From: Candidatus Portnoybacteria bacterium | GTDB lineage: Bacteria > Patescibacteriota > Minisyncoccia > Portnoybacterales > GWB1-42-6 | DNA length: 54,007 bases | NCBI GenBank assembly: GCA_016208745.1 | Contig: JACQXN010000001.1 | Location: 1 to 54,007, forward strand | Direction of reading: 5' to 3' | Part shown: positions 37,215 through 47,259 of the stretch, piece by piece | Position numbering within the stretch: the stretch's first letter is position 1 | Layout of the letters: each line of letters begins with the position of its first letter | Translations under genes and position numbers: made by a program | Notes under the pieces: generated by a model | Told to the model about the DNA's origin: nothing | Seen by the model: the letters and a program-made list of their open reading frames with translations, nothing else | Databases searched by the model: none

Positions 37215-40154
37215 TTATTTCAAGTATTTCCCGGTATAACTTTTTTTATTCTTGACTATATCTTTGATTTTCCCCTCTACCACAATATATCCTCCTTCAT
37301 CCCCGCCTTCTGGGCCTAAATCAATAATCCAGTCGGCGGTTTTTATTACTTCGGGATTATGCTCAATCACCAAAACCGTATTGCCGCGCGAAACCAGCGC
37401 GTGTAAAACGCTTAATAACTTATTAATATCGTCAAAATGCAAACCAGTTGTTGGCTCATCTAAAATATAAAGAGTCCGGCCGGTTGCGCGGCGGGCAAGT
37501 TCTGTGGCTAATTTTATTCTTTGTGCTTCGCCGCCAGAAAGCGTTGTGGCTGGCTGGCCAAGCTTCATATAACCCAAGCCAACTTGATTCAATGTTTCTA
37601 ATCGCTGACGAATTGCCGGAATATTTTTAAAAAATTTATTTGCCTCTTCAATAGACATTGCCAAAACATCAGCAATATTTTTTCCTTTAAATTCTATTTC
37701 CAGCGCTTCTTTGTTGTATCGCTTGCCATGGCATTCCTCACATTCCACATAAACATCGGGTAAAAAATACATTTCTATTTTTTTAGAACCATCGCCCTGA
37801 CAAGCTTCGCATCGGCCACCCTTGACATTGAAGCTAAAACGGCCTGCCTGATATCCGCGCAAGCGCGATTCCTGCGTTTGGGCAAATAAATCGCGGATAT
37901 ATGTAAAAACGCCGGTATAGGTTGCGGGATTTGAACGGGGCGTTCGGCCAATTGGCGATTGGTCAACAATAATTACTTTGTCTATGTTTTCTTTGCCTAA
38001 AATTTCTTTGTACGCGCCAGGCTCTTCATGCGCGCCATAAAATTCTTTGCTCAAAGCCGCGCCCAAAATATCGTTTATTAATGTGCTTTTTCCAGAACCC
38101 GAAACACCGGTTACGCAAACAAATTTTTCCAAAGGAATTTTAGCGTTAATGTTTTTTAGATTATGTTCGGTGGCGCTTTTAATTTCAAGATACGAATCTT
38201 TTGTTGTCTTTGATTCATTCCTCCCCTCCTCAGTTGAGGAGGGGTCGGGGGAGGTGGTGTTCAGCACCCCTCCTTTTATTCCTTCCCTTATCTGAGGGGA
38301 GGAGGAATTTTTATTTATGACAATTTTACGGCGACCACTCAAATAATCCGCCGTCAGCGTATGCGCGGATTTTAATTGGCTGGGCGTTCCTTGAAATATA
38401 ACTTTGCCGCCGTTTTCGCCAGCAGCAGGCCCTATATCAATTAACCAGTCAGCTGATTTCATTGTTTGCTCGTCATGTTCAACAACAATGACTGTATTTC
38501 CTAAATCGCGCAGTTTTTTTAGCGTTTCAATCAAGCGGCTCATATCTCTTTGGTGCAAACCAATAGACGGCTCATCTAAAATATAGACAACGCCCGAAAG
38601 CCCCGAGCCAATTTGCGTAGCCAGACGAATCCTTTGACCTTCTCCGCCAGATAAAGTTGTGGCTGATCGTTCAATGGTTAAATATTCCAAGCCAACATCA
38701 ATTAAAAACTGCAATCGCGCCAAAATTTCTTTTATGATGCTGTTTGCGATTTTTGATTCATTAACGCTTAATTTTAGTTTACGAAAAAAATCTACTGCTT
38801 TTTCAACGCTCATTTCAGATATCTGATTTATCGCAATCCCGTTTATTTTCACAGCCAAAGCCTCTGGTTTCAATCTTTTTCCAAGACAAGTCGGACATTT
38901 TTTAATCAACATATATTTTTCAATTTCTGCCCGCGAAAAATCAGATTCTGTTTCTTTCCAGCGCCTTTGTAAATTTGGAATCACGCCTTCAAATTTATTG
39001 TCTCCGTATAAAATCCTGTCGATGTCGGACGTCGACAGATTCTTAACCGAGGTATTCATTGAAAAATGATGACGCTTAGCGACCTCTGATAATTGCCAAT
39101 AATACCAGCCTTGCCGGCCAACCCGATGAGATGCTGTGGCCCAAGGTCTGATTGCGCCTTCAGCCAATGTTAAATTAGGATTTGGGATAACGAGCTTTGG
39201 ATCAATTTCCAGTTTTGTGCCCAGGCCCTGACAATCAGGGCAAGCGCCATAAGGGCTGTTGAAAGAAAAAATTCTTGGCGCGATTTCTGGCAAACTAATG
39301 CCGCATTTTTCGCAAGCGAAGAGTTCGGAAAAAATTAAATCCGAATCGCTTACCGCCAACCGCCTACCGCCTACCGCCTTCTTTGTATTTTCTTTTTTCT
39401 GGCTGTAGTCGGTAGTCGGTAGTCGATTGACTATTATAACTCCTTGCCCCAATTTCAACGCCGTTTCCACAGAATCAGCAATCCGCGCGCGAAATTCAGG
39501 ATCCTTTTTTTCTTCCAAAGACAACCTATCAACCACTACCTCCACATCATGCTTCTTCTGTTTGTCTAATTTTAATTCCATTGCTTCATCAACCCGATGC
39601 ACAACGCCGTCAACTCTAACGCGCACAAACCCGGCTTTTAAAATCTGCTCTAAAACTCCCTGATGCTCACCTTTGCGGCCGCGAACCATTGGCCCGAGAA
39701 CCATAATCTGGCTGTCTTTCGGCAATTCAAGGATTTTTTCAACAATTTGACTGGCGCTTTGTCTTTTTATCAGTTGGCCGCATTGCGGGCAATATGGCTT
39801 GCCGATTCTGGCAAATAAAAGACGGAGATAATCATATACCTCCGTTATTGTGCCTAAAGTTGAGCGCGGATTGCGCGAAACGCTTTTTTGGTCAATAGCA
39901 ATCGCAGGCGAAAGCCCTTCAATTTTATCAACATCCGGTTTATCCATCACGCCCAAAAACTGCCGCGCATAAGCAGATAAACTTTCAACATAGCGGCGCT
40001 GGCCTTCAGCGTAAATTGTATCAAACGCCAAAGAAGATTTTCCCGAACCCGAAAGACCGGTTATTACAACCAGTTTATTTTTAGGGATATCCAAGTCTAT
40101 ATTTTTTAAGTTGTGGACTCGAGCGCCCCTAATTTTTATAAAATCTTGCAGCAT
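37215..40154 (-). CDS. uvrA: Excinuclease ABC subunit A (UvrA), carrying two in-frame mini-repeat insertions
   Basis: Two ABC ATPase modules: '[23 protein letters not shown]', '[13 protein letters not shown]', LSGGE signatures. Zinc fingers '[15 protein letters not shown]'. 979 aa. Confidence 0.95.
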   Translation of the reverse strand: MLQDFIKIRGARVHNLKNIDLDIPKNKLVVITGLSGSGKSSLAFDTIYAEGQRRYVESLSAYARQFLGVMDKPDVDKIEGLSPAIAIDQKSVSRNPRSTLGTITEVYDYLRLLFARIGKPYCPQCGQLIKRQSASQIVEKILELPKDSQIMVLGPMVRGRKGEHQGVLEQILKAGFVRVRVDGVVHRVDEAMELKLDKQKKHDVEVVVDRLSLEEKKDPEFRARIADSVETALKLGQGVIIVNRLPTTDYSQKKENTKKAVGGRRLAVSDSDLIFSELFACEKCGISLPEIAPRIFSFNSPYGACPDCQGLGTKLEIDPKLVIPNPNLTLAEGAIRPWATASHRVGRQGWYYWQLSEVAKRHHFSMNTSVKNLSTSDIDRILYGDNKFEGVIPNLQRRWKETESDFSRAEIEKYMLIKKCPTCLGKRLKPEALAVKINGIAINQISEMSVEKAVDFFRKLKLSVNESKIANSIIKEILARLQFLIDVGLEYLTIERSATTLSGGEGQRIRLATQIGSGLSGVVYILDEPSIGLHQRDMSRLIETLKKLRDLGNTVIVVEHDEQTMKSADWLIDIGPAAGENGGKVIFQGTPSQLKSAHTLTADYLSGRRKIVINKNSSSPQIREGIKGGVLNTTSPDPSSTEEGRNESKTTKDSYLEIKSATEHNLKNINAKIPLEKFVCVTGVSGSGKSTLINDILGAALSKEFYGAHEEPGAYKEILGKENIDKVIIVDQSPIGRTPRSNPATYTGVFTYIRDLFAQTQESRLRGYQAGRFSFNVKGGRCEACQGDGSKKIEMYFLPDVYVECEECHGKRYNKEALEIEFKGKNIADVLAMSIEEANKFFKNIPAIRQRLETLNQVGLGYMKLGQPATTLSGGEAQRIKLATELARRATGRTLYILDEPTTGLHFDDINKLLSVLHALVSRGNTVLVIEHNPEVIKTADWIIDLGPEGGDEGGYIVVEGKIKDIVKNKKSYTGKYLK
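38214..38310. repeat. Family B element copy B2 inserted in-frame in uvrA inter-domain linker
   Basis: 'attcattcctcccctcctcagttgaggagggg..tatctgaggggaggaggaatt'. Encodes '..[27 protein letters not shown]..' between the 'YLSGRRKI' and '[14 protein letters not shown]' segments, which are near-contiguous in other UvrA proteins. Confidence 0.8.
39348..39425. repeat. Inverted tandem 'taccgcc' repeat element inserted in-frame in uvrA
   Basis: 'cgcttaccgccaaccgcctaccgcctaccgcc' ... 'ggctgtagtcggtagtcggtagtcg'. Encodes '[20 protein letters not shown]', an extra ~20 aa just before zinc-finger '[13 protein letters not shown]'. Confidence 0.7.
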
Positions 40155-40274
40155 AGAAAAAATTTAAACATTTCAAACATTGATTATACATTATTTTTTA
40201 AAGTCCGGCAAGACAATGCTAGCGAAAAAACAAAAAAGCGGCTTAGAAAAACCAAGCCGCTATATTAAAATGCG

Positions 40275-40745
40275 CTAAACTATTTCTTCAAATAACAAAT
40301 CCCCCATATCGTTATAGGGAGCGTAAAAAAGCTGAACTTCTGCTTCCGGTAAAATTTTATTCAGCTCCTGTCGAGCTATTTTTAGATCGTTAACCTGCTT
40401 GCCTTTCAAGAAATCTCCGGTCGCCTTTTCTTTATGAATGCTTTCATACCAAGAACATCCAGCTTCTGCGATGCAGATAACCCTTTTTATTTTGTGGGCT
40501 GTAATTAAGAATAAACAGCGCTCGGTATCTGTCATCTTAAATTTATACTGCATACCGCCAGCCGCAAAAAACTGGGCTCCTCCGGGCACCGCGAATCTGT
40601 CAAACGACGCGATTCCCAAATCATGCAAAATAAAATCGTCGATCTGCTGCTGCCGGAGATGGTTGCTGCAATGAATAATCAACGCCGGAGGCACTTCTTG
40701 TCCGCAACATTTAACTAAATTTTCAAAACATATGCCTTCTGTCAT
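40275..40745 (-). CDS. Hypothetical protein
   Basis: Start placed at the internal Met (MTEGICF), which has an AAGGAGG RBS. No family recognised. Confidence 0.6.
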   Translation of the reverse strand: MTEGICFENLVKCCGQEVPPALIIHCSNHLRQQQIDDFILHDLGIASFDRFAVPGGAQFFAAGGMQYKFKMTDTERCLFLITAHKIKRVICIAEAGCSWYESIHKEKATGDFLKGKQVNDLKIARQELNKILPEAEVQLFYAPYNDMGDLLFEEIV

Positions 40746-40759
40746 TCTTATCCTCCTTT

Positions 40760-41767
40760 TTATCCGCAATCGGGACAAAATCCATCTTTATCTAATTCGT
40801 CTGCGCATTCATGGCAATAAGCATTTTCATCTTCGCAATCTGGATTGGCGCAGCGGATAAGCCGGGAGCTTGTAGCAGGACTACCACAAGAAGAACAATC
40901 AGTTTCTTCTTCGCCTGAACAGTCAGAACAAAAGCCAGTCTCATTTAACAACCGGTTGGCACAATCCTTGCAATAATCATCATCTCTCGGGCAACCAGGA
41001 TTAGCGCAACGGATTTCTGTGTCTCTATCAATAAGCTCTTGACAATTTCCTCCATCGCAATAGAACGTAGCGCAGTCTTCGCAATATCCGCGCTCGCTCA
41101 ACCCATCTTTGCACTCTTCACAAAAAGCGATTTCGCAATGATCAAAGCTTCTGCATTTAAAAGCTCTTGATTCAATGACTCCTTCTCTACAATCAGAACA
41201 CTGAATCGTATCTTCCTTGCTACAAACCATACACTTTCCTTTATCATCAACATGCTGGCAGAAAGAAATTTTCTGGCTCTCTTTCTCACATTCTTTTTTT
41301 TCTTCCTCAGGGACACTTTTTTTAGGTTCATCGAGAGCTTCTTTTTCAAGATATACTCCCTTTAAGCATTCTTCAAAATCATGGCCACAATAAGGACAAC
41401 TTTCTGGAATTTTTGGCGCAACCGGTTCTTGAACTAGCTGTGGATCTCTTGAAATATCAGGAATACTTGCAAGGGTCATTTTCGTATCGTTCGCAAGCGA
41501 GGCAGTAAATATGACTGCCAATTCCTCTTTGCTTATGTATCCTGGTACGATTCTTTCGTTAACAAGCCGTCGATAATTTTCTTTACCCTCTTCGATGGTT
41601 TTTATAAGACTATCTGCCGGAATTCTTGAAAGGAGCAGGCAAACTATAAATTCCATCGGCGAATAGGGCGAACCTGGTAATTCAAGCTTTTTCCAATCAG
41701 CCTTTATCTGCGGCCAAATTGACAAACCTTCTTTAACCTCAAACGAAATAACATCTTTCAAATCCAT
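40760..41767 (-). CDS. Cysteine-rich modular protein (repeated 'RCANPxCxxxxxYCxxCAxxLxxxGFCxDC' modules)
   Basis: More than 40 Cys, arranged in repeated CxxC-containing modules in the C-terminal two-thirds. Confidence 0.65.
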   Translation of the reverse strand: MDLKDVISFEVKEGLSIWPQIKADWKKLELPGSPYSPMEFIVCLLLSRIPADSLIKTIEEGKENYRRLVNERIVPGYISKEELAVIFTASLANDTKMTLASIPDISRDPQLVQEPVAPKIPESCPYCGHDFEECLKGVYLEKEALDEPKKSVPEEEKKECEKESQKISFCQHVDDKGKCMVCSKEDTIQCSDCREGVIESRAFKCRSFDHCEIAFCEECKDGLSERGYCEDCATFYCDGGNCQELIDRDTEIRCANPGCPRDDDYCKDCANRLLNETGFCSDCSGEEETDCSSCGSPATSSRLIRCANPDCEDENAYCHECADELDKDGFCPDCG

Positions 41768-41848
41768 TTTCCGTCCTTCTCTTTATAATTTTGTAAAGTA
41801 ACAAGCCTTTATACGAATAAGATATTTAATCAAAAAAGTCGCAGCTTG

Positions 41849-41878
41849 TCAAATAAAAAAGGCGCAGCTAATATCAAC
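41849..41878 (-). terminator. Rho-independent terminator 3' of the flotillin gene
   Basis: 'aggcgcagct..ctgcgcct' with a T-run on the minus strand. Confidence 0.7.
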
Positions 41879-41921
41879 TGCGCCTTCGGTCTTATTTTTT
41901 GAATAAAAGAACTATTTCAGT

Positions 41922-43820
41922 TTATTCGGCTGGGCTGTCAGTTTTCTTGTCCTGGATTGTCTCCGCCACCTTTTGAAGCGATGCGATGCTCGTGATTGAA
42001 GACATATCAATGCCGAATCTGTTCAGAATAGGAGCAAGGACTGGCAATAGAGCCTTGAACCCATCGCCACCATTAAGAAATCCGTCAACCAGATTACTCA
42101 TGCCAACGCCTTGAGAAAACTTCTGGGTCATTTTGGCTAAGGTGTCCGGGTCGCCATAGATATTCATATTGGCTCCGGCCATCATTCCGCCTATAGCTCC
42201 GGCAAATGCGACTCCGATTTTTTCTGCCGCTTGGATTTTCAGCTGGCCAAGAGTTAGTTCAACGGAAACAGTTTGGGAAGCAGCCTTAGCTTCAAGCTCC
42301 GGCTTGAGAACTTCCTGGACCCGTCTTTGGTCAACGTCAACCTGGTTGTTGGACACACTGACCGGCACCATTTGAATAGCCAGATCACCTTCAGCTCTCT
42401 TGGTTTTTTCAACTAGCTCAGCTTCAGCAGCTCTTGTCTTTGCCAAGTAATCGGCCTCTGCCGCCTCCTTACGGCCTTGGGCTTCTTTAGAGATTGTATA
42501 GGCTTTGACATCTGCCTTCATCTGGGCGTCCTGTCGTTCTTTTTCAATTTCCGCCTGCTTATCAATTATCGCCTTTGCTTTTTGGCGTTCGGCCTGAGAG
42601 GTGACAGAAACGGTTTCAATCGCCTGTTTCGCTCTCTCGGCTTCAGCCTCGGCCTTATTTCTTTTTGCCTCTGCTTCGGCTCTCTGGGCGTCTGTTTCCG
42701 CGATGGCGATAAGCTTTTGCCGAGATGTTACCTCAACCTGTTTATCCTTTTCCACATTGGCTGTGGCAACGACCTTTTCCATTTCTACGCCAGCGGTTTG
42801 AACCTGCTGTTCTTTGGTCACGTTTTCCAAAGCAATTGCCCGGTCTTTCTCTATACCTCTCCGGGCGATAAGCTCCTGATTTTGAAGCTCAGCCACAGAT
42901 GCTTCTTTATCCTGATTTGCCTTGTATGCCCTTACGTCGCGATCCTGGTCAGCGGTTTTAAAATTTAATTCCTGATCCTGAGCAAGAATGGCTGATGCGG
43001 TCTCAACATTTTTCTTTTTAACTGCGAGCTCCGCATCTCTTTTGAATTCATTCTCTTGGACAAGAGCCGCCGAAACAACTTGTTGCAGGTTTTTCAGTCC
43101 CTGCGCATCGAATTGATTGTTAGGATCCATAACTTCCCTTGGCGCCTGGTCGAGCCGCGAGATGGTAACGTCTTCCAGCTCCAAGCCATTTTGCTTTAGG
43201 CCGTCTTTTACGACTTCCATAACCGCACTCTTGAAAGTGCTTCGGTCAAGGTTTAGGTCTTCAAGGCTTCTCTTGGCCGCGACGGTCCTTAGAGCATCAA
43301 TCAATTTTTCCTGCTCTAGGGCCTTGACTCTTTCAACTTGCTGGTCTAGCACCCGATCGTCTGATGCGCCTCCTACTCTACCGGCAGAAATTTTGCTACC
43401 CAATGTTCTGGCAGCCGATTTTATGCCTTCCTCATCGGGATTTACTCGAATGTAAAATTCTGCCATAACCTCAGCCCGAAGCTTATCATTTGTAATCAAA
43501 GAATCTTTCCCTTTTCTCTCAACCACGATTTTCATCGTTTCAAGAGACACGGGAATAATTTCATGGAGGAAACCAATAATGATCCTTCCGTGATCCTTGA
43601 TTACCTCGGCCCCGCCTTTTCCTGTCTTAAGGAAAGCCATATTTCCTTTAGCTTTCACATACAGATTGCTGAAGATCAGGCCGATGCCGCCTATCAGAAT
43701 AAAGAATAGGCCTACGCCATACCAGATAAATTGGGCAAAGCCAGAGATAAAAACGTATGAAGCGGATATGATCAATAACCCCATAATCAGTAAAAATCCG
43801 ATAAGTCCCTTGACTCCCAT
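41922..43820 (-). CDS. Flotillin-like SPFH/band-7 protein (YqiK/FloT-like) with long Ala/Glu/Lys coiled coil
   Basis: Start moved to the internal Met 'MGVKGLIGFL', which has an AAGGAGG RBS; the track's N-terminal 57 aa are basic junk. Two TM helices, SPFH core 'LETMKIVVERKGKDSLITNDKLRAEVMAEFYIRV', then an EA-rich repeat region. Confidence 0.85.
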   Translation of the reverse strand: MGVKGLIGFLLIMGLLIISASYVFISGFAQFIWYGVGLFFILIGGIGLIFSNLYVKAKGNMAFLKTGKGGAEVIKDHGRIIIGFLHEIIPVSLETMKIVVERKGKDSLITNDKLRAEVMAEFYIRVNPDEEGIKSAARTLGSKISAGRVGGASDDRVLDQQVERVKALEQEKLIDALRTVAAKRSLEDLNLDRSTFKSAVMEVVKDGLKQNGLELEDVTISRLDQAPREVMDPNNQFDAQGLKNLQQVVSAALVQENEFKRDAELAVKKKNVETASAILAQDQELNFKTADQDRDVRAYKANQDKEASVAELQNQELIARRGIEKDRAIALENVTKEQQVQTAGVEMEKVVATANVEKDKQVEVTSRQKLIAIAETDAQRAEAEAKRNKAEAEAERAKQAIETVSVTSQAERQKAKAIIDKQAEIEKERQDAQMKADVKAYTISKEAQGRKEAAEADYLAKTRAAEAELVEKTKRAEGDLAIQMVPVSVSNNQVDVDQRRVQEVLKPELEAKAASQTVSVELTLGQLKIQAAEKIGVAFAGAIGGMMAGANMNIYGDPDTLAKMTQKFSQGVGMSNLVDGFLNGGDGFKALLPVLAPILNRFGIDMSSITSIASLQKVAETIQDKKTDSPAE

Positions 43821-43843
43821 GTTTCTTTTCCTCCTTTTGTTTT

Positions 43844-44581
43844 TTATTCTGTTGGTCTGCCGTTTGCAGAAAAAATTTCTTGCAAGACGGGTTTGCGTTT
43901 TACGACAAATCTGTCTTCCTTTTGAGAAAAAAACAATAAAATTATCTCGCTTGCTTCGGGGATTATGTCTTCTTCTGGTTCTGTGCGGCAATAAACATTA
44001 TGGATAGTGCCGCAATCATCCGATACTGTTGCGCGCCCCGAAGAAGAATCAATATTAACCGAAGCTATTCCGATTTTCCCAACTAAGGATTCCGGTCCGA
44101 TGGCAGACGTGCCTTTCTTTGGCATTATTTTTGCCACTCTTAATGACACGAACCGCGTGAAAGAAAAAGCAAAAAATGTTGCAATGCTAAGTGAGAACCA
44201 GAAATATAGAATTGGGGGAAAGAAAAATCCAACAAAGATTGAATTACTGACTAATCCAATAAAACCCCAGGAAATTCCAAATACCATAAGCACAATACCT
44301 AAAGGACATTTTCCAATGCCCATAAAGTTAAAAATGCTTTGGATTATTCCTTCTTGAGCATGTCCAATGTCATGATCTGTATCGTGGTCATGATCGTGAT
44401 CATAACTATGGCCGAGGTCTATGTCGTGATCGTGATCAAAATCATGATCGTGCTCAGCCGAGATATCAGCGCCAGAACCGCTTGGGTGCATAAGCTCAAA
44501 AAGAAGATAAAAAAACCAAGCAACAATAGCAGCGAAAAAAACAGCATTATACCAATCATAAATCAAAGAGTGCAAAGACAT
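43844..44581 (-). CDS. NfeD-like membrane protein (YqiJ-type flotillin partner) with His/Asp-rich tract
   Basis: Start at the internal Met, which has a GGAGGTG RBS. 'HDHDFDHDHDIDLGHSYDHDHDHDTDHD' tract. C-terminal OB-fold 'GKIGIASVNIDSSSGRATVSD..HNVYCRTEPEEDI'. Confidence 0.8.
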   Translation of the reverse strand: MSLHSLIYDWYNAVFFAAIVAWFFYLLFELMHPSGSGADISAEHDHDFDHDHDIDLGHSYDHDHDHDTDHDIGHAQEGIIQSIFNFMGIGKCPLGIVLMVFGISWGFIGLVSNSIFVGFFFPPILYFWFSLSIATFFAFSFTRFVSLRVAKIMPKKGTSAIGPESLVGKIGIASVNIDSSSGRATVSDDCGTIHNVYCRTEPEEDIIPEASEIILLFFSQKEDRFVVKRKPVLQEIFSANGRPTE

Positions 44582-44612
44582 TCTTTCACCTCCTTCCTGA
44601 CAAAAAATATTT

Positions 44613-45431
44613 CTATTCTTTCTTCTCGGTTTTCGGCGCGGCGACAAAAACTTTCTGATCAGACAACAATCCGCCAATTGGCGGACTCGAAAGCAACTTT
44701 AGCGCTTTCGTTGCCGGATCTTCTGGGGCGATGATTTCCGCATCTATAACCCCGCCTTCAATTGCCGCCCGCTCTTTCAGTTTTTTGTATGCTTCCTGAA
44801 AAGCGGCCTTTTTCATTACCTGACCCACCTCTTCATCAAGGCCAAGCGATGTGGAGTCTTTGATTAAGTTCTGAGCCATCAACTTTGCAGTTGAAAGATC
44901 AATGGAATCAGCCAGGCTTTTGTAGGTTTGCTTGCCCTCGATTTGGGCTAGGGCATCACCTTCAAGCTTTCTAGCTTTTTCCACCATGGAATTTAGCTCC
45001 AGCTGCAAAACCCGTCTTGGTAAGTCTTTCGACGCTTCTTCGGCCGCCGCGAATTGCTTCCGTGCTTCCGCTACAAGCGTCTGAGCATTTTTATCCGCGA
45101 CTTCATATTGTTCGGTCGCAGAATCAATCTTTTCGCCTATGGCGAGCTTGAGCGCAAGTATTCTTTGCGCCTCTCCGCTGTTTCCCGCTTTCTCAGCAAC
45201 AAGAGCGAGACGATTTAATTCCTGATGTTGGGTTACCAATTTTTGCAGTTCTTTTCTCTGAACTGTGACGGAAATAACTGCCGCTGTCGCGGCCTCCCCT
45301 CTTGCGTTTGCCAGCTCAATGTCCAGTCTGACCGCTTCCTGTAATCTCTGAGTGGTTGTTTTTGAAGTTTCTGCTTCCTGCTCTCCTAAGAGAACGCCTA
45401 CCACTTCTTTAAGTTTCGCAATGAGTCCCAT
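44613..45431 (-). CDS. PspA/IM30 (Vipp1) family protein
   Basis: Start at the internal Met 'MGLIAKLKEVV', which has an AGGAGG RBS. Coiled coil 'LDIELANARGEAATAAV..LQLELNSMVEKARKLEGDALAQIEGK'. Confidence 0.8.
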   Translation of the reverse strand: MGLIAKLKEVVGVLLGEQEAETSKTTTQRLQEAVRLDIELANARGEAATAAVISVTVQRKELQKLVTQHQELNRLALVAEKAGNSGEAQRILALKLAIGEKIDSATEQYEVADKNAQTLVAEARKQFAAAEEASKDLPRRVLQLELNSMVEKARKLEGDALAQIEGKQTYKSLADSIDLSTAKLMAQNLIKDSTSLGLDEEVGQVMKKAAFQEAYKKLKERAAIEGGVIDAEIIAPEDPATKALKLLSSPPIGGLLSDQKVFVAAPKTEKKE

Positions 45432-45478
45432 CTTGTTTCCTCCTTGTTGTTTCAATTAAGCTTCTGTTAATACAGAAA

Positions 45479-45655
45479 CTACGGGTTTTTAGATAAAAGA
45501 TACGAGACAATCGCTGCCAGAAATGCCGCAAATAGCAAAACCGGCAGGCTTATTATTATTGCCTTTAATATTTTAAGGATAACTATCAAGGCTATCCCAA
45601 TAATAAAAAGGCCAATAAACTTTCTCCAAAACCTTTTGGCATTAATCCGAGCCAT
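45479..45655 (-). CDS. Small membrane protein (58 aa) upstream of pspA, not in ORF track
   Basis: GGAGGG RBS. 'MARINAKRFWRKFIGLFIIGIALIVILKILKAIIISLPVLLFAAFLAAIVSYLLSKNP' (two TM helices). Confidence 0.5.
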   Translation of the reverse strand: MARINAKRFWRKFIGLFIIGIALIVILKILKAIIISLPVLLFAAFLAAIVSYLLSKNP

Positions 45656-45819
45656 AATCTTTCCCTCCTCTCGCTAAAATCTTTTATTTTGTTGACAAGG
45701 TGCAATAGTTCTTATTAACATATTTATTATTCTGTGTCAAGATAATTTAAAGAACTGGGGCATTTCCGCTTTCTTTGAAAAAATCATAGAATAAGCGTAT
45801 AATGAATCGATAAAAATCC

Positions 45820-47079
45820 GTGAAAAATAATCCTATTGGAAAACTCAAAAAACTGCCACAAAAACCGGGCGTATATACGTTAAAAGATAAGGCCGGCCGG
45901 CTGATTTATATTGGCAAAGCGATAAATCTGCGAAATCGCGTAAGATCGCATTTTTCTAGAACAAGTATTTTTTATAAAAATGACTTAGCTAATATTGTCG
46001 CTGATATCGACTGGATTGAAACAAAAAATGAGAAGCAAGCATTGCTTTTAGAAAACGAGCTGATAAAAAAATATCAGCCTCGCTACAATATTCAATGGCG
46101 TGATGATAAAAGTTATTTCTGGGTAAGATTTACGAATGACGAATGGCCAAGGGTGATAGTGGCGCATAAAGGTAGTCTAATAAATTCTCCCCAGCCCTCC
46201 CCCGTATCAAGTACGGGGCGGGCTCTAAAGGGAGGGAGTGATTCCCCTCCTTTAGGAGGGGTTAGGGGAGATTTTATCGGTCCTTTTGTCTCTGGCCGCG
46301 AATTGCGAAAAACTTTGCGAGCCTTAAGAAAAATATTTCCTTTTCGCACTTGCAAAAATTCCTATGATAAGCCCTGCTTGCAATGGCACTTGGGATTATG
46401 TCCGGCACATAAACCGCATTATCATTCCCGTGAAAGCGGGAATCTAGAAGATAAAAAATCTGGATTCCGGGTCAAGCCCGGAATGACAAAAGAGAGTCAG
46501 ATAGATAAATACCTAAACTCTCTCGTCGCCCTCTCTCAATTCCTCCGTCTCTACGCCGGCGAAAAAATTCGCATTGAGGCTTATGATATTTCTAATATTC
46601 AAGGGAATTACGCGACTGGATCAATGATTGTTTTTTATGGAAACAAACCATCAAAATCAGACTATCGTAGATTTAAGATAAAAACGATAAAAGGCGCAAA
46701 TGATGTGGCAATGATAAAAGAAGTTTTAAAACGCCGCCTCGGACACCCCGAATGGCCCTATCCGGATTTGATTTTGATTGACGGCGGCCTTGCGCAGCTT
46801 AATGCCGCGGTCTCGTCTATTAGCAAGCAACTACCATCCACCGCTATTATAGCGCTTGCGAAACAACAAGAAGAAATTTATACTGAATATAGTAGTAAGC
46901 CTCTTAAAGTTAATCCGTTGCCTGAGTCATTTAGATTAACTTTTCAGCATATCAGAGATGAGGCTCATAGATTTGCTATTTTTTATTATCGCTACCTTCA
47001 TGCGACAAGAGACTTTAGAAGAACTAGAAAAAAAGTTACAAAAACGCGCTTTGGCGCGGCAAAAGAAAAAGAAACCTAA
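45820..47079 (+). CDS. uvrC: UvrC-like excinuclease subunit (GIY-YIG + Cys motif + RNase-H-like endonuclease domain; lacks UvrBC and HhH regions), carrying two in-frame mini-repeat insertions
   Basis: GIY-YIG 'GVYTLKDKAGRLIYIGKAINLRNRVRSHF'. 'FPFRTCKNSYDKPCLQWHLGLC'. 'IEAYDISNIQGNYATGSMIVF..ILIDGG'. 419 aa. Confidence 0.8.
   Translation: MKNNPIGKLKKLPQKPGVYTLKDKAGRLIYIGKAINLRNRVRSHFSRTSIFYKNDLANIVADIDWIETKNEKQALLLENELIKKYQPRYNIQWRDDKSYFWVRFTNDEWPRVIVAHKGSLINSPQPSPVSSTGRALKGGSDSPPLGGVRGDFIGPFVSGRELRKTLRALRKIFPFRTCKNSYDKPCLQWHLGLCPAHKPHYHSRESGNLEDKKSGFRVKPGMTKESQIDKYLNSLVALSQFLRLYAGEKIRIEAYDISNIQGNYATGSMIVFYGNKPSKSDYRRFKIKTIKGANDVAMIKEVLKRRLGHPEWPYPDLILIDGGLAQLNAAVSSISKQLPSTAIIALAKQQEEIYTEYSSKPLKVNPLPESFRLTFQHIRDEAHRFAIFYYRYLHATRDFRRTRKKVTKTRFGAAKEKET
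46184..46275. repeat. Family A element copy A3 (with an extra 'ccccgtatcaagtacggggcggg' module) inserted in-frame in uvrC
   Basis: 'attctccccagccctcccccgtatcaagtacggggcgggctctaaagggagggagtgattcccctcctttaggaggggttaggggagatttt'. Encodes 'SPQPSPVSSTGRALKGGSDSPPLGGVRGDF' between the GIY-YIG domain and the Cys motif. Confidence 0.8.
46421..46488. repeat. Family C element copy C2 inserted in-frame in uvrC
   Basis: 'atcattcccgtgaaagcgggaatctagaag..tctggattccgggtcaagcccggaatgaca'. Encodes 'HYHSRESGNLEDKKSGFRVKPGMTKES'. Confidence 0.75.
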
Positions 47080-47259
47080 AATGCGAGTTTCTGGTAAAAG
47101 CGTTTTTGCTCTTCATAAAATCATCCGCAAGAAATAGCGGGTGATTTTGTTTTTATTGACAAGCGGCCTAAGAAGTAATAAAAATAAGTTGCGTTCTGTT
47201 GATCAGATCGCATCGTACCTTAAAAACTCTGTTGAGCAGAGAAAAGAAAGGAAGATTTT

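Noticed and set aside
43597-44357. Plus-strand ORFs 43597..44007 and 44007..44357, and the N-terminal 57-aa extension of the flotillin ORF
   Set aside because: Antisense or over-extended. Internal Met codons with strong RBSs give canonical flotillin and NfeD N-termini.
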